Shown piece by piece: positions 45,771 to 55,909 of a stretch of 64,000 nucleotides of DNA; position 1 is the stretch's first letter; each line of letters begins with the position of its first letter. Made by a program: the position numbers and the translations under genes. The notes under the pieces are model-generated. The model was given only the letters and a program-made list of their open reading frames with translations, made no database searches and was not told where the DNA came from. This DNA is from Alphaproteobacteria bacterium (GTDB lineage Bacteria; Pseudomonadota; Alphaproteobacteria; Rickettsiales; SXRF01), in NCBI GenBank assembly GCA_020049775.1, contig JAGVLO010000006.1, positions 2,666 through 66,665 of the forward strand, read 5' to 3'.

Positions 45771-47161
45771 ACGCGCTCCGTGATGAAGCGTTTGATGTCA
45801 TCCATGTTGTTGGGCGTGATTTCAAAACGCTCCTTGAGTTTGAACAAATTTTTCAGGTGTTCGGGCAGGGCGGGTGTAATGCCGCTGGCATCTTTCACTG
45901 CTTCGGGGAATTTTGCGGGGTGCGCGGTGGCAAGTACCACCATGGGTGCTGACGTGTCGCGGCGGCAGCGCTGTCCGGCGGCAAGTCCCACGGCGGTGTG
46001 AGGGTCGAGCAACTCACCGGTGGCTTCAAATGTTTCGGCGATGGTTTTCTTGGTGTCGTCGTCATTTACGCTGCTGGCGGCGAATTCACCCTTGAGCGCT
46101 ACCCACACGTCTGGCGCGAGTGTTAGTTTTTTGTCTTTGCGGAAATTGGTCATCATGCTGGCAATGGCTTTGCCGTCGCGTCCGTACAGGTCAAACAGCA
46201 GGCGTTCGAAATTGCTGGAAATCTGTATATCCATGCTCGGGCTGATGGTGGGTACAACGCCTTCCATGCCGTATGTTCCGGTGGCAAGGCATCGTGAGAG
46301 AATGTCATTGCGGTTGGTGGCGATGATTAAATCTTCAATAGGCAGGCCCATGCGCTTGGCGATATATCCGGCGAAGATGTCGCCGAAATTGCCTGTGGGT
46401 ACGGAGAAGCTGACGCTTTTTGCCGGAGCGCCGAGCGTAAGCGCTGCATAGAAATAATACACTACCTGCGCCAGAATCCGCGCCCAGTTGATGGAGTTGA
46501 CAGCAGTCAGCTTGTATTCGTCGCGGAATTTGGCGTCGGCAAATAAATTCTTTACCATGTCCTGGCAGTCATCGAACGTGCCTTCGAGCGCGATGTTATG
46601 TACGTTGGGTTGCGCAACCGTGGTCATCTGCCTGCGCTGCACTTCCGACACGCGGCCATGCGGGTGCATAATAAAAATATCCATGTTCTCGCGGCCAAGG
46701 CAACCTGCGATGGCAGCAGATCCGGTATCACCGGAAGTGGCGCCGACGATGACTGCTTTTTGCCCGCGTTTGGCAAGGATATGGTCGAGCAGGCGGCCAA
46801 GGAACTGCAAAGCAAAATCCTTGAATGCCAGTGTCGGGCCGTGAAACAGTTCCAGCAGGAAGGTGTGCGCGTCGAGCTGCTTGAGTGGCGCAATTGCAGC
46901 GTGGCGGAAATTGGCATAGGAATTGGCAATCATGCTTTCCAGCGATTCAGGAGCGATGCTCTCGCCGGTGAAACGGGAAATGATGGTGTAGGCCAGCTCG
47001 GGATATGACATGGCCTGCATGCCCGCAATTTCGGCCATGGAAAATGTAGGAAGCGTTTCAGGCACATAGAGTCCGCCGTCAGAGGCAAGACCGGCCAGAA
47101 CCACATCTTCAAATGAAAGCGCGGGCGCTGTGCCGCGCGTTGATACATAACGCAGTGTCAC
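45767..47161 (-). CDS. thrC: Threonine synthase.
   Basis: LRYVSTRG...FEDVVLAGLASDGGLYVPE...GPTLAFKDFALQ (PLP Lys)...ATSGDTGSAA. Confidence 0.9.
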   Translation of the reverse strand: MTLRYVSTRGTAPALSFEDVVLAGLASDGGLYVPETLPTFSMAEIAGMQAMSYPELAYTIISRFTGESIAPESLESMIANSYANFRHAAIAPLKQLDAHTFLLELFHGPTLAFKDFALQFLGRLLDHILAKRGQKAVIVGATSGDTGSAAIAGCLGRENMDIFIMHPHGRVSEVQRRQMTTVAQPNVHNIALEGTFDDCQDMVKNLFADAKFRDEYKLTAVNSINWARILAQVVYYFYAALTLGAPAKSVSFSVPTGNFGDIFAGYIAKRMGLPIEDLIIATNRNDILSRCLATGTYGMEGVVPTISPSMDIQISSNFERLLFDLYGRDGKAIASMMTNFRKDKKLTLAPDVWVALKGEFAASSVNDDDTKKTIAETFEATGELLDPHTAVGLAAGQRCRRDTSAPMVVLATAHPAKFPEAVKDASGITPALPEHLKNLFKLKERFEITPNNMDDIKRFITERV

Positions 47162-47175
47162 GGGTACTTCAGACT

Positions 47176-48669
47176 TCAGACTAAGTAACGTTTTTCAAGG
47201 TGGCTCTTGTATATCGCTACATCCAGCGTTTGGCCAGTGGCTTGTTTAAGCAGTTCCGCCGAGGAAAGTTTAGAGCCTTGGGAATGGACATTTTTCTTAA
47301 GCCATTCAAATAAATGGGTAAAATTACCAATGCGCATTTGTTCGCCCATCTCTGGGTTGGTTTTTTTTGCCGCGGCGAAGAGCTGGGCGGCGGTCATAGC
47401 ACCCAGCGTGTAGGTGGGGAAATAGCCAAATGCGCCGTCCGGCCAGTGTATGTCCTGCATACAGCCATTGGCATCCGTATCAGGCTTGACGCGCAACAAC
47501 GCATGCATGGCGGTACCCCATGCTTCCGGCAGGTCTTTGACCGCCAGCTTGCCGGAGATCATTTCTTTTTCCAGCATATAGCGGATAATGACATGTGCAG
47601 GATAGGTGGCTTCGTCAGCGTCAACGCGAATCAGCGACGGTTTGACGCGGGTGACAAGGCGGTAAATATTTTCTGCTTCCCACGCGGGGCCGGACACATC
47701 AAATGTTTCACGCATCAGCGGTGCTGCAAAAATCAGGAAATCCTTGCTGATTGTAAGCTGCATTTCCACTAGCAGCGACTGGCTTTCGTGGAAGGCCATG
47801 CCGCGCGCTTCGCCTACGGGCTGGTTGCGCCATTGCGCTGGCAGGCCCATTTCATACAGCGCATGGCCGGTTTCGTGCATGATGCCAAAAAAGCCGGACA
47901 GAAAATCGGTTTCGTTATAACGCGTGGTCAGGCGCACGTCGCCTGCGACACCGCCGCAGAAAGGATGCGTGCTTTCATCCAGCCTGCCGCGCGTAAAATC
48001 GAATCCCATGCGCTCCATGAATTTGCGGCCGAGCGCTTTTTGCTTGTTTGCCGGAAAGAATCCTGAAATCTCGATAGGCGGCGTGGGTTCTTTGCTCTGG
48101 CGGTCCATCACTTTGGTGATGAAGCCGGGCAAAAACGAGGCGAGGTTATCAAAAATTTTATCTATCTCGGCAGATTTTGCGCCCGGCTCATACTGGTCGA
48201 GCAGTGCATCATACGGCGTGAGCTTCATGGCGTCGGCTTTTGCCTGCGCCGATTCGCGCACAAGTTTCAGGACTTTTTCCTGATAGGGAATGAAGTCGGC
48301 AAAGTTATTGTCTTTGCGTGCCTTGCGCCAGAACAGCTCTGATTCGTGGCAGGCCTTGGTCAGTTCCGACACCAGCTTGGCAGGCACCGAGGTTTCGTGT
48401 TTCCACAGGCGTTTCATCTCGCGCAGGTTGGACTGCTTCCATTCATCAAGCGATGCTTTTTCCGTGTCGGCCATGTCGAACAAATCGGCGAGGCGCGGAT
48501 GCGTAATCATTTCATGCGTGGCTTCGGCAATAGCTGCCAGTTGCTCGCCGCGCACGTCGCCTGCGTTTGCAGGCATCATGGTGGCGTTGTCCCAGTGCAG
48601 GATACTTCCAGCGCCTTTGAGCGCGTAATAGCGGCGGAAGATTGCTTCTAAATCGGTATAGGCGGTCAT
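47176..48669 (-). CDS. M32-family carboxypeptidase (Taq-like thermostable carboxypeptidase 1 family).
   Basis: HETGHALYE (HExxH), HESQS, DRxxYP-like IRVDADEATYPAHV and GxxQDxHW-like GCMQDIHWPDGAFGYFPTY. Confidence 0.85.
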   Translation of the reverse strand: MTAYTDLEAIFRRYYALKGAGSILHWDNATMMPANAGDVRGEQLAAIAEATHEMITHPRLADLFDMADTEKASLDEWKQSNLREMKRLWKHETSVPAKLVSELTKACHESELFWRKARKDNNFADFIPYQEKVLKLVRESAQAKADAMKLTPYDALLDQYEPGAKSAEIDKIFDNLASFLPGFITKVMDRQSKEPTPPIEISGFFPANKQKALGRKFMERMGFDFTRGRLDESTHPFCGGVAGDVRLTTRYNETDFLSGFFGIMHETGHALYEMGLPAQWRNQPVGEARGMAFHESQSLLVEMQLTISKDFLIFAAPLMRETFDVSGPAWEAENIYRLVTRVKPSLIRVDADEATYPAHVIIRYMLEKEMISGKLAVKDLPEAWGTAMHALLRVKPDTDANGCMQDIHWPDGAFGYFPTYTLGAMTAAQLFAAAKKTNPEMGEQMRIGNFTHLFEWLKKNVHSQGSKLSSAELLKQATGQTLDVAIYKSHLEKRYLV

Positions 48670-49385
48670 GGTTTTGCCTGTGATGCTGTTTTTGTGTTTG
48701 GTTCACGGTGGTAGATGATGAACATGATAATGCCGATGATCGCCAGCGAGAACCAGGTGATTGCGTATTGCAGATGGTCGTTGCGCATCTGTACTTTTCC
48801 GGTGTGCGCAATCGGATAGACACCTTTCTGGTAAGGGCCGACAACTTCTACAATCACTGGCGTCAGCTGGATGCCAAGCGCCAGCGACATAGCGGGAATG
48901 TCTTCATAGAACCACACATTTTTTTCCGGATGATTTTCCGGTGAGAAATAACGCTTCACACGCGATGGGCGAATCACGCCGCTTATCACCTGCGCGCCTT
49001 CCGGTTTTGCTTCCTTACCTACCGGGCTGAAGCCCCGGTTGACCAGAATCGTGCGTCCGTCATCATCAAGTACGAACGGCGTGACGATGAAAAACCCGTT
49101 TTCGCTACCGGCGTTTTTCGAGCGCCCTACAAGGTGCAGGCTTTTGTCGTGCAGGAATTTGCCGGTCAGCGTGACATTGCGGAATGCCATGGCGTCAATC
49201 GCCTGCTGGTCTGGCAGGTCCGGTAGGTCGCCCAGTGCAGGAAGAGCCTGTGCTTCGGCGGTGCGTGCTACAATCGCATTTTTCCACTCCATGCGTTGCA
49301 ACTGCCATATGCCAAGGCCAATCAGCAACACCGTCGAAGACAGTATGAACAGGGCAGGAATGAACTGAATACGGCGAAAACGCAT
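48666..49385 (-). CDS. SURF1-family cytochrome oxidase biogenesis protein.
   Basis: N-terminal TM helix + GIWQLQRMEWK...VNRGF...NDHLQYAITWFSLA, then a C-terminal TM helix. Confidence 0.8.
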   Translation of the reverse strand: MRFRRIQFIPALFILSSTVLLIGLGIWQLQRMEWKNAIVARTAEAQALPALGDLPDLPDQQAIDAMAFRNVTLTGKFLHDKSLHLVGRSKNAGSENGFFIVTPFVLDDDGRTILVNRGFSPVGKEAKPEGAQVISGVIRPSRVKRYFSPENHPEKNVWFYEDIPAMSLALGIQLTPVIVEVVGPYQKGVYPIAHTGKVQMRNDHLQYAITWFSLAIIGIIMFIIYHREPNTKTASQAKP

Positions 49386-49522
49386 GAAAAACCTTATAAA
49401 ATACGCTAAAAACGGATAAGAATACTTGAACCTTATAATTTAACGTCTATATTCTCAAGAACTACCTGACAGGGCTATGTAAATACTGGTTACAGAATTT
49501 AACTAATTAACGGAGAAATAGA

Positions 49523-50161
49523 ATGAGCGTTCTGGTTGGCAAATTTGCCCCGAATTTTACGGCTAAAGCAATTATGCCGGATAACAGCATCGAAGATAAC
49601 TTTAACCTTCTCAACTACCTCGGTATCAAGAAAGACCCGACCGGCAAGGTAATAAAGGAAGGTAAAGTCGGTGTGCTGTTCTTTTACCCGCTGGACTTCA
49701 CCTTTGTGTGTCCTTCGGAAATAATCGCATTCAACAACCGCATCAAAGAATTCAAGCTGCGCAAGGCGGAAATCATCGGCGTGTCGGTTGACTCGCATTT
49801 CACCCACCTCGCGTGGAAGCAGACACCGGTTGAAAAAGGCGGCATCGGCAACATCCAGTTCCCACTGGTCGCTGACCTTACCAAGTCGATTGCACGCGAC
49901 TATGACGTGCTGGTCGGCGGTGCGGTTGCGTTTCGCGGAACCTTCCTCATCGATGGTAAGGGCGTTGTGCGCCACCAGATCGTCAACGACCTGCCGCTTG
50001 GCCGCAATGTTGATGAAGCTATCCGCATGGTTGATGCGCTCCAGTTCCACGAACAGCATGGCGAAGTGTGTCCGGCTGGCTGGGAACGTGGCGACGGCGG
50101 CATGAAGCCGACGGCTGACGGTGTTGCCAAATATCTCAAGGCAAACGCCAAGAAGCTTTAA
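49523..50161 (+). CDS. Typical 2-Cys peroxiredoxin (AhpC/Prx1 subfamily).
   Basis: [15 protein letters not shown] (peroxidatic Cys) and GEVCPAGW (resolving Cys). Confidence 0.9.
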   Translation: MSVLVGKFAPNFTAKAIMPDNSIEDNFNLLNYLGIKKDPTGKVIKEGKVGVLFFYPLDFTFVCPSEIIAFNNRIKEFKLRKAEIIGVSVDSHFTHLAWKQTPVEKGGIGNIQFPLVADLTKSIARDYDVLVGGAVAFRGTFLIDGKGVVRHQIVNDLPLGRNVDEAIRMVDALQFHEQHGEVCPAGWERGDGGMKPTADGVAKYLKANAKKL

Positions 50162-50213
50162 TTTTTTATTGTAAACTTTTTCAGTGCCAAACTTTTATAG
50201 TGGAGGAATGACT

Positions 50214-50885
50214 ATGCGTACATGGGCTTTGGTTTTTACAGTCGGGCTGGTTGCCTCATCCGTGTGGACGGCAAACCTGCTTGCAAACCAGAGTGCTGCG
50301 CATCATTCCTCCGCTGTAAAAACTACGTCTTCTAAAAAACAGCCATCCACTGCTGAATACAAGACGGCCATGGACAGGATGCATAAACAGATGCACGTTA
50401 CCTATACATGCGACCCTGACCTTGATTTTATTGCTGGCATGATTCCGCATCATCAGGGTGCGGTGGACATGACAGTAACCCAGCTCAAATACGGCAAAGA
50501 CCCAGAAATGATTGAGTTGGCGAAGCTCATTCAGAAATGGCAGAAAGTGGAAATCGGGCAGATGAGTCACCTGCTGAATTTGTGGCGCAAGAATACCAAG
50601 GCTGAAGGCAACAAAGATTGCCCCGCCAAGGCGGAATACGAAAAAGCCATGGAAGTCATGCACCGTGACATGAACATCAAATACACCGGAAATTCGGACA
50701 TTGATTTTGCCCGTGGTATGATTCCGCACCATCAGGGTGCTATCGACATGGCGGCAACGCTGACGCGCTATGGCGCACGTCCGGAATTACGCGCGCTTGC
50801 AGAAGATATTTTCCGCTCGCAGAAACAGGAAATCAAATTGATGCAAGAATGGCTGGACAAAAACGATACCAAGGCTAAAAAATAG
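50214..50885 (+). CDS. Secreted DUF305-family protein (two DUF305 repeats).
   Basis: F(I/A)xGMIPHHQGA(V/I)DM occurs twice. Signal peptide present. ATG 50214 lies 7 nt after GGAGGA. Confidence 0.75.
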   Translation: MRTWALVFTVGLVASSVWTANLLANQSAAHHSSAVKTTSSKKQPSTAEYKTAMDRMHKQMHVTYTCDPDLDFIAGMIPHHQGAVDMTVTQLKYGKDPEMIELAKLIQKWQKVEIGQMSHLLNLWRKNTKAEGNKDCPAKAEYEKAMEVMHRDMNIKYTGNSDIDFARGMIPHHQGAIDMAATLTRYGARPELRALAEDIFRSQKQEIKLMQEWLDKNDTKAKK

Positions 50886-50922
50886 CCCTCCACCAACTTC
50901 TTTCATTCTTAAGAGACCTACC

Positions 50923-51864
50923 GTGACCGAACATCAAACCAAAGTTCTTATCATCGGCTCTGGCGCCGCTGGTTGCACCGCCGCTATTTACGCTGCCCGC
51001 GCATCGCTTAATCCCATCATGGTTCACGGTTTGCAGCCCGGCGGACAGCTGACCATTACGACTGACGTAGAAAATTTCCCCGGTTTTGAACATGCCGTTC
51101 AGGGGCCGTGGCTGATGGAGCAAATGGAAAAGCAGGCGGCACATGTTGGCACAAAAATCATGCACGACACCATCATGAAAGTGGATTTATCCAAGCGTCC
51201 GTTTACGGCCGTAGGTGAGTCCGGCGACAGCTATGTAGCGGAAACATTGGTGATTGCTACCGGCGCTACGGCACGCTGGCTGGGCATGCCCACGGAAAAG
51301 AAATTTGCCGGTTTTGGCATTTCCGCCTGCGCCACCTGCGACGGGTTTTTCTTCAAGGGTAAGGAAGTGTTGGTTATCGGCGGCGGTAACAGCGCGGTGG
51401 AAGAGGCGCTTTACCTCACCAATCATGCAACTAAAGTGACGTTGATTCACCGCCGCGATAGTTTGCGTGCGGAAAAAATCGGCCAGCAGCGTTTATTCGC
51501 GCATCCCAAGATTTCAGTGATATGGGACAGCGTAGTGGAAGAATTCGTTGGTACGGAGAATCCTAATTCTCTCACTGGTGCGCGCCTGAAAAACATCAAG
51601 ACGGGAGCTGTCAGCGATATCAAGGCGGACGGCGCATTTATCGCTATCGGTCACACGCCGAATACGGAATTGTTCAAGGGGGTCGTGACCATGGATGCAG
51701 ACGGATACATCGTGACTACGCCCGGCAGCACCAAGACCAATATTGCCGGTGTATTTGCCGCAGGTGACGTGCAGGATAAAATCTTCCGTCAGGCGGTCAC
51801 GGCGGCGGGTACGGGCTGCATGGCAGCTTTGGAAGCCGAACGTTTTCTGGCGGGCGGGCATTAA
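50923..51864 (+). CDS. trxB: Thioredoxin-disulfide reductase.
   Basis: GSGAAGCTAAIYAAR, redox-active CATCDG, GGGNSAVEEALYL. GTG start. Confidence 0.9.
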   Translation: MTEHQTKVLIIGSGAAGCTAAIYAARASLNPIMVHGLQPGGQLTITTDVENFPGFEHAVQGPWLMEQMEKQAAHVGTKIMHDTIMKVDLSKRPFTAVGESGDSYVAETLVIATGATARWLGMPTEKKFAGFGISACATCDGFFFKGKEVLVIGGGNSAVEEALYLTNHATKVTLIHRRDSLRAEKIGQQRLFAHPKISVIWDSVVEEFVGTENPNSLTGARLKNIKTGAVSDIKADGAFIAIGHTPNTELFKGVVTMDADGYIVTTPGSTKTNIAGVFAAGDVQDKIFRQAVTAAGTGCMAALEAERFLAGGH

Positions 51865-51870
51865 GCCCGC

Positions 51871-52677
51871 CTAGCGCTCAGCTACTGCTGTGCCTACTTC
51901 CTTTTTGGCTTTCATAACATCGCCACGCAATGTACCGTCTTTTTCACGCTTTTCGACTTCTTCAAGTATGTTGCCGGTAAATTTGCCGATGGTCGCTGCC
52001 ATAAACAGGTCCAGGCGATCGGTGGAAACATCTTTTATGCCTACCAATTTGAGGCCTCTGTTTATAACTTCTTTAATAAGAAATTCCTGTGCGCCCTGTG
52101 CGGCGACGGCCATTTCTGCCAGCGGCTTGGCGGCGATATTGGCAGCGATGGTTGCCATTTTTGGGCCGATGACCTCACTCAGCTTTGCCTGTATAGCCAG
52201 TGATATAATCGGTGTTACGATGGCCAGCTTTAATTGTTTGCCTACGCGGTTATAGGCCTCCAGTGCCGCTTCTTCCTGTTCGGGTGTAATTTTACGGTCT
52301 TCTTTTGGAACGTCATTCAGTTTGGCATATTCGCTTAAGGTTTTCAGGTCGTCTTTAAATTGTTGATTCAGCACGTTTGGCAGCGCAGCAAGAATTGCAA
52401 TGCCTATTTGTTTGCTATCAAGCCCAACCCTCGTATCTTTTGCTATTTCGTCAGCAGTTGGTGCGTCGGACTCTGAAATTTCTAACGGCGACGCGCGATT
52501 CAATAGCGCGATGCGGTTGCTTCCTCCCATATGGTTATGCGGCAGTGAATTTCCACGGTTTTGCATCATCAGGAGTCTAAGGTCGTCATCGTCAGATGTA
52601 ATGGACTGAGTGCTATTCATGGCTCTTTGGACTAAAGACAAGGCCGCCTGTTCTTTGGATTTGGCGAAGGCAATCAT
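51871..52677 (-). CDS. Hypothetical protein.
   Basis: 268-aa ORF, helical-looking. No family recognised. Confidence 0.4.
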   Translation of the reverse strand: MIAFAKSKEQAALSLVQRAMNSTQSITSDDDDLRLLMMQNRGNSLPHNHMGGSNRIALLNRASPLEISESDAPTADEIAKDTRVGLDSKQIGIAILAALPNVLNQQFKDDLKTLSEYAKLNDVPKEDRKITPEQEEAALEAYNRVGKQLKLAIVTPIISLAIQAKLSEVIGPKMATIAANIAAKPLAEMAVAAQGAQEFLIKEVINRGLKLVGIKDVSTDRLDLFMAATIGKFTGNILEEVEKREKDGTLRGDVMKAKKEVGTAVAER

Positions 52678-52940
52678 GGAGGGTTCTCCCGTTCGAGTGG
52701 TTTTTATCAGCTATATTACCCTCAAATATGGTAAATAAATATTAATGAAATGTGGAATTATTGGGCGTTTCCAAGGGGCCACTGGAATAAAAAACCTATA
52801 ATATACAGAATTATAATAATATTTTTATAAATGCTTTAGGAGATGAGTGCCTTTTCTTTAGAACGGAGCTGCTTATTTTTATTGCATCGCAGCATAATCT
52901 GGTATAGATAGTCGCCAATCCAAAGAGAGTAACTAAGCTT

Positions 52941-53849
52941 ATGATGGATTGGGATAAATTACGCATATTTCACACGGTTGCCACAGCGCAGAGCTTTACG
53001 CGCGCCGGTGAAATCATGAATCTGAGCCAGTCGGCCATCAGCCGCCAGATAAGTACGCTTGAAGAATCATTGCAGGTGTCGTTGTTCCATCGCCATGCGC
53101 GCGGCTTGATGCTGACCGAGCAGGGGGAAATATTATTCCGTGCCGTCAGCGATATACTCACACGCCTTGCCGCTGTTGAAAACGCATTGCTTGAAAGCCG
53201 CGAGCGCCCACGCGGGCCGTTGCGCATTACGGCTCCGGTTGCCATCGGCACGACATGGCTTACGCCGCATATGCGCGAGTTCTGCGAGCTGTATCCTGAA
53301 ATCAGCGTTAGCCTGCTGGTGGATGACCGCGAGCTGGACCTGACTATGCGCGAAGCCGATGTTGCTATACGCCTATTTCCTGCCAAACACCCTGACCTGA
53401 TTCAGAAACAGCTTATTCGCCTGCAAAATTCTGCCTATGCGTCGAACGATTACCTGCGCGCCTACGGCACGCCCACCAAGCCGCAGGATTTGCAGAACCA
53501 TAAATTGATCGCGTTTGGTGAAGATACGCGCATGCCTTTTGCCGGAGTAAACTGGCTGGTGAAGGCCTGTGAAGAGGCAGGACACGCCGAGGGTCGCAGC
53601 ATGTTCCGTATCAACAGTATGTTTGGCATGCTCAACGCCGTGACCAGCGGGATAGGTATTGCCGGCCTGCCGGATTATATGGTACAGGGCCTGTCCAATG
53701 TGACCCGCGTACTGCCTGATATGAAGGGACCGGTGATTGATGTGTACCTTGTCTATTCCGTTGACCTAAGAAACTCAAAAAGAATTAATGTATTCAAGGA
53801 CTTTTTGGTTCGCAAGCTCTCGGAAAGTGGGCTTACTCGCGCCGCCTAG
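52941..53849 (+). CDS. LysR-family transcriptional regulator.
   Basis: N-terminal wHTH FHTVATAQSFTRAGEIMNLSQSAISRQISTLEESLQVSLFHR plus a substrate-binding domain of ~200 aa. Confidence 0.9.
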   Translation: MMDWDKLRIFHTVATAQSFTRAGEIMNLSQSAISRQISTLEESLQVSLFHRHARGLMLTEQGEILFRAVSDILTRLAAVENALLESRERPRGPLRITAPVAIGTTWLTPHMREFCELYPEISVSLLVDDRELDLTMREADVAIRLFPAKHPDLIQKQLIRLQNSAYASNDYLRAYGTPTKPQDLQNHKLIAFGEDTRMPFAGVNWLVKACEEAGHAEGRSMFRINSMFGMLNAVTSGIGIAGLPDYMVQGLSNVTRVLPDMKGPVIDVYLVYSVDLRNSKRINVFKDFLVRKLSESGLTRAA

Positions 53850-53992
53850 CCATGCGCTTTACGCATGACTCGCATGTAATAATATTAATAGTTAGTTTAT
53901 TTGGCATAGCTATAGTGACGGCATGTAAGTGAGTGCTTTTGTACCACTTCTTTGTTGGGTGCAATGCCCGATAATCCTCCCTGTTATAGCTT

Positions 53993-54021
53993 GCCGAGCC
54001 TTCGTGGCTCGGCTTTTTTTT
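53993..54021 (+). terminator. Intrinsic terminator downstream of the LysR-type gene (A-run on the other side; could act bidirectionally).
   Basis: GCCGAGCC-ttcg-(T)GGCTCGGC followed by TTTTTTTT. Confidence 0.7.
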
Positions 54022-54036
54022 ATCCAGATTTTGGGC

Positions 54037-54063
54037 AAAAAAAACCCCACCTTGCGGCAGGGA
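54037..54063 (-). terminator. Intrinsic terminator of GC-rich orphan gene 2.
   Basis: On the minus strand: CCCTGCC-gcaa-GGTGGGG (7 bp with two G-U pairs) followed by TTTTTTTT. It begins ~28 nt after the stop. It shares the CCCCAC...CTTGCGG core with the cassette-1 terminator. Confidence 0.6.
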
Positions 54064-54090
54064 AAAACCGGAGTTTTTTTTGATGTCACA

Positions 54091-54456
54091 TCACACCGTC
54101 TGCGGGACGTAGTCCGAGTAGAACGCCATCAGCTTGTCGCCGACGGAGAGGTACTCGACCTTGTTGTCGTCGCTGCGGTACACGAGGTGGCCGCTGTTGA
54201 CCATCTCGCCGAGCGCCTGAATGACGCCGCGGACGAAGGGACCGCTGACCATCTGGTAGTAGATGGGGTGCGCGTTCTGCGGGCAGGCCTCCTTCATGTA
54301 CTTGAGGAAGTCCTGCGCCTTGAACTCGCCGAACACGTCGTTGTTGCGCTCCGCGAGGAAACGCACGACGTACGCGGCGACGCACTCCTTCTCACCCTTC
54401 TGGAACGACGAGTTGTTGAACACGCAGCGGACCTGGCTCGGGATGAACGTCGACAT
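54091..54456 (-). CDS. Orphan 121-aa protein of unknown function; compositionally foreign (GC3-saturated).
   Basis: ATG at 54456 with GGGAG 8 nt upstream and a TGA stop. By manual reading all codons but about four end in G/C. The in-frame upstream extension to 54567 has host-like composition and overlaps the putative -10. No family recognised. Confidence 0.7.
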   Translation of the reverse strand: MSTFIPSQVRCVFNNSSFQKGEKECVAAYVVRFLAERNNDVFGEFKAQDFLKYMKEACPQNAHPIYYQMVSGPFVRGVIQALGEMVNSGHLVYRSDDNKVEYLSVGDKLMAFYSDYVPQTV

Positions 54457-54565
54457 CTGCAACACTCCCATGAATGGGGGGTGGTAGCGGTGTGTGAAAA
54501 CACCGCAGGAAACAAACGCTGGATGCACACGCAACCAACGGAAACCCAAAGGGTTTAACATGCTC

Positions 54566-54594
54566 ATTATAGATTAATAATGGTTAACAAACAA
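54566..54594 (-). promoter_or_regulatory. Near-consensus sigma70-type promoter reading toward orphan gene 2.
   Basis: Minus strand: TTGTTT-17 nt-TATAAT (-35 at 54594..54589, -10 at 54571..54566). It gives a ~100-nt leader containing hairpins AAACCC-ttt-GGGTTT (54542..54556) and GCGGTGT-N6-ACACCGC (54487..54506). Confidence 0.4.
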
Positions 54595-54653
54595 CGTCCT
54601 GCATGTGAACATTACATGACAGATTCGGAATTATATAATTATATTACAATATA

Positions 54654-55865
<1,212 letters not shown>

Positions 55866-55909
55866 TTAAATCTGGTAAAAATATACGGCAATACTGCCAG
55901 TACCGCTAT

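Noticed and set aside
53929-54567. ORFs 53929..54558 (+), 54086..54385 (-), 54294..54530 (-) and the long 158-aa form of 54091..54567.
   Set aside because: The first three are shadow frames of the GC-rich gene. The 158-aa form adds 37 host-composition codons whose ATG overlaps the putative -10 and has no SD. The internal ATG at 54456 has GGGAG 8 nt upstream and coincides with the compositional switch.
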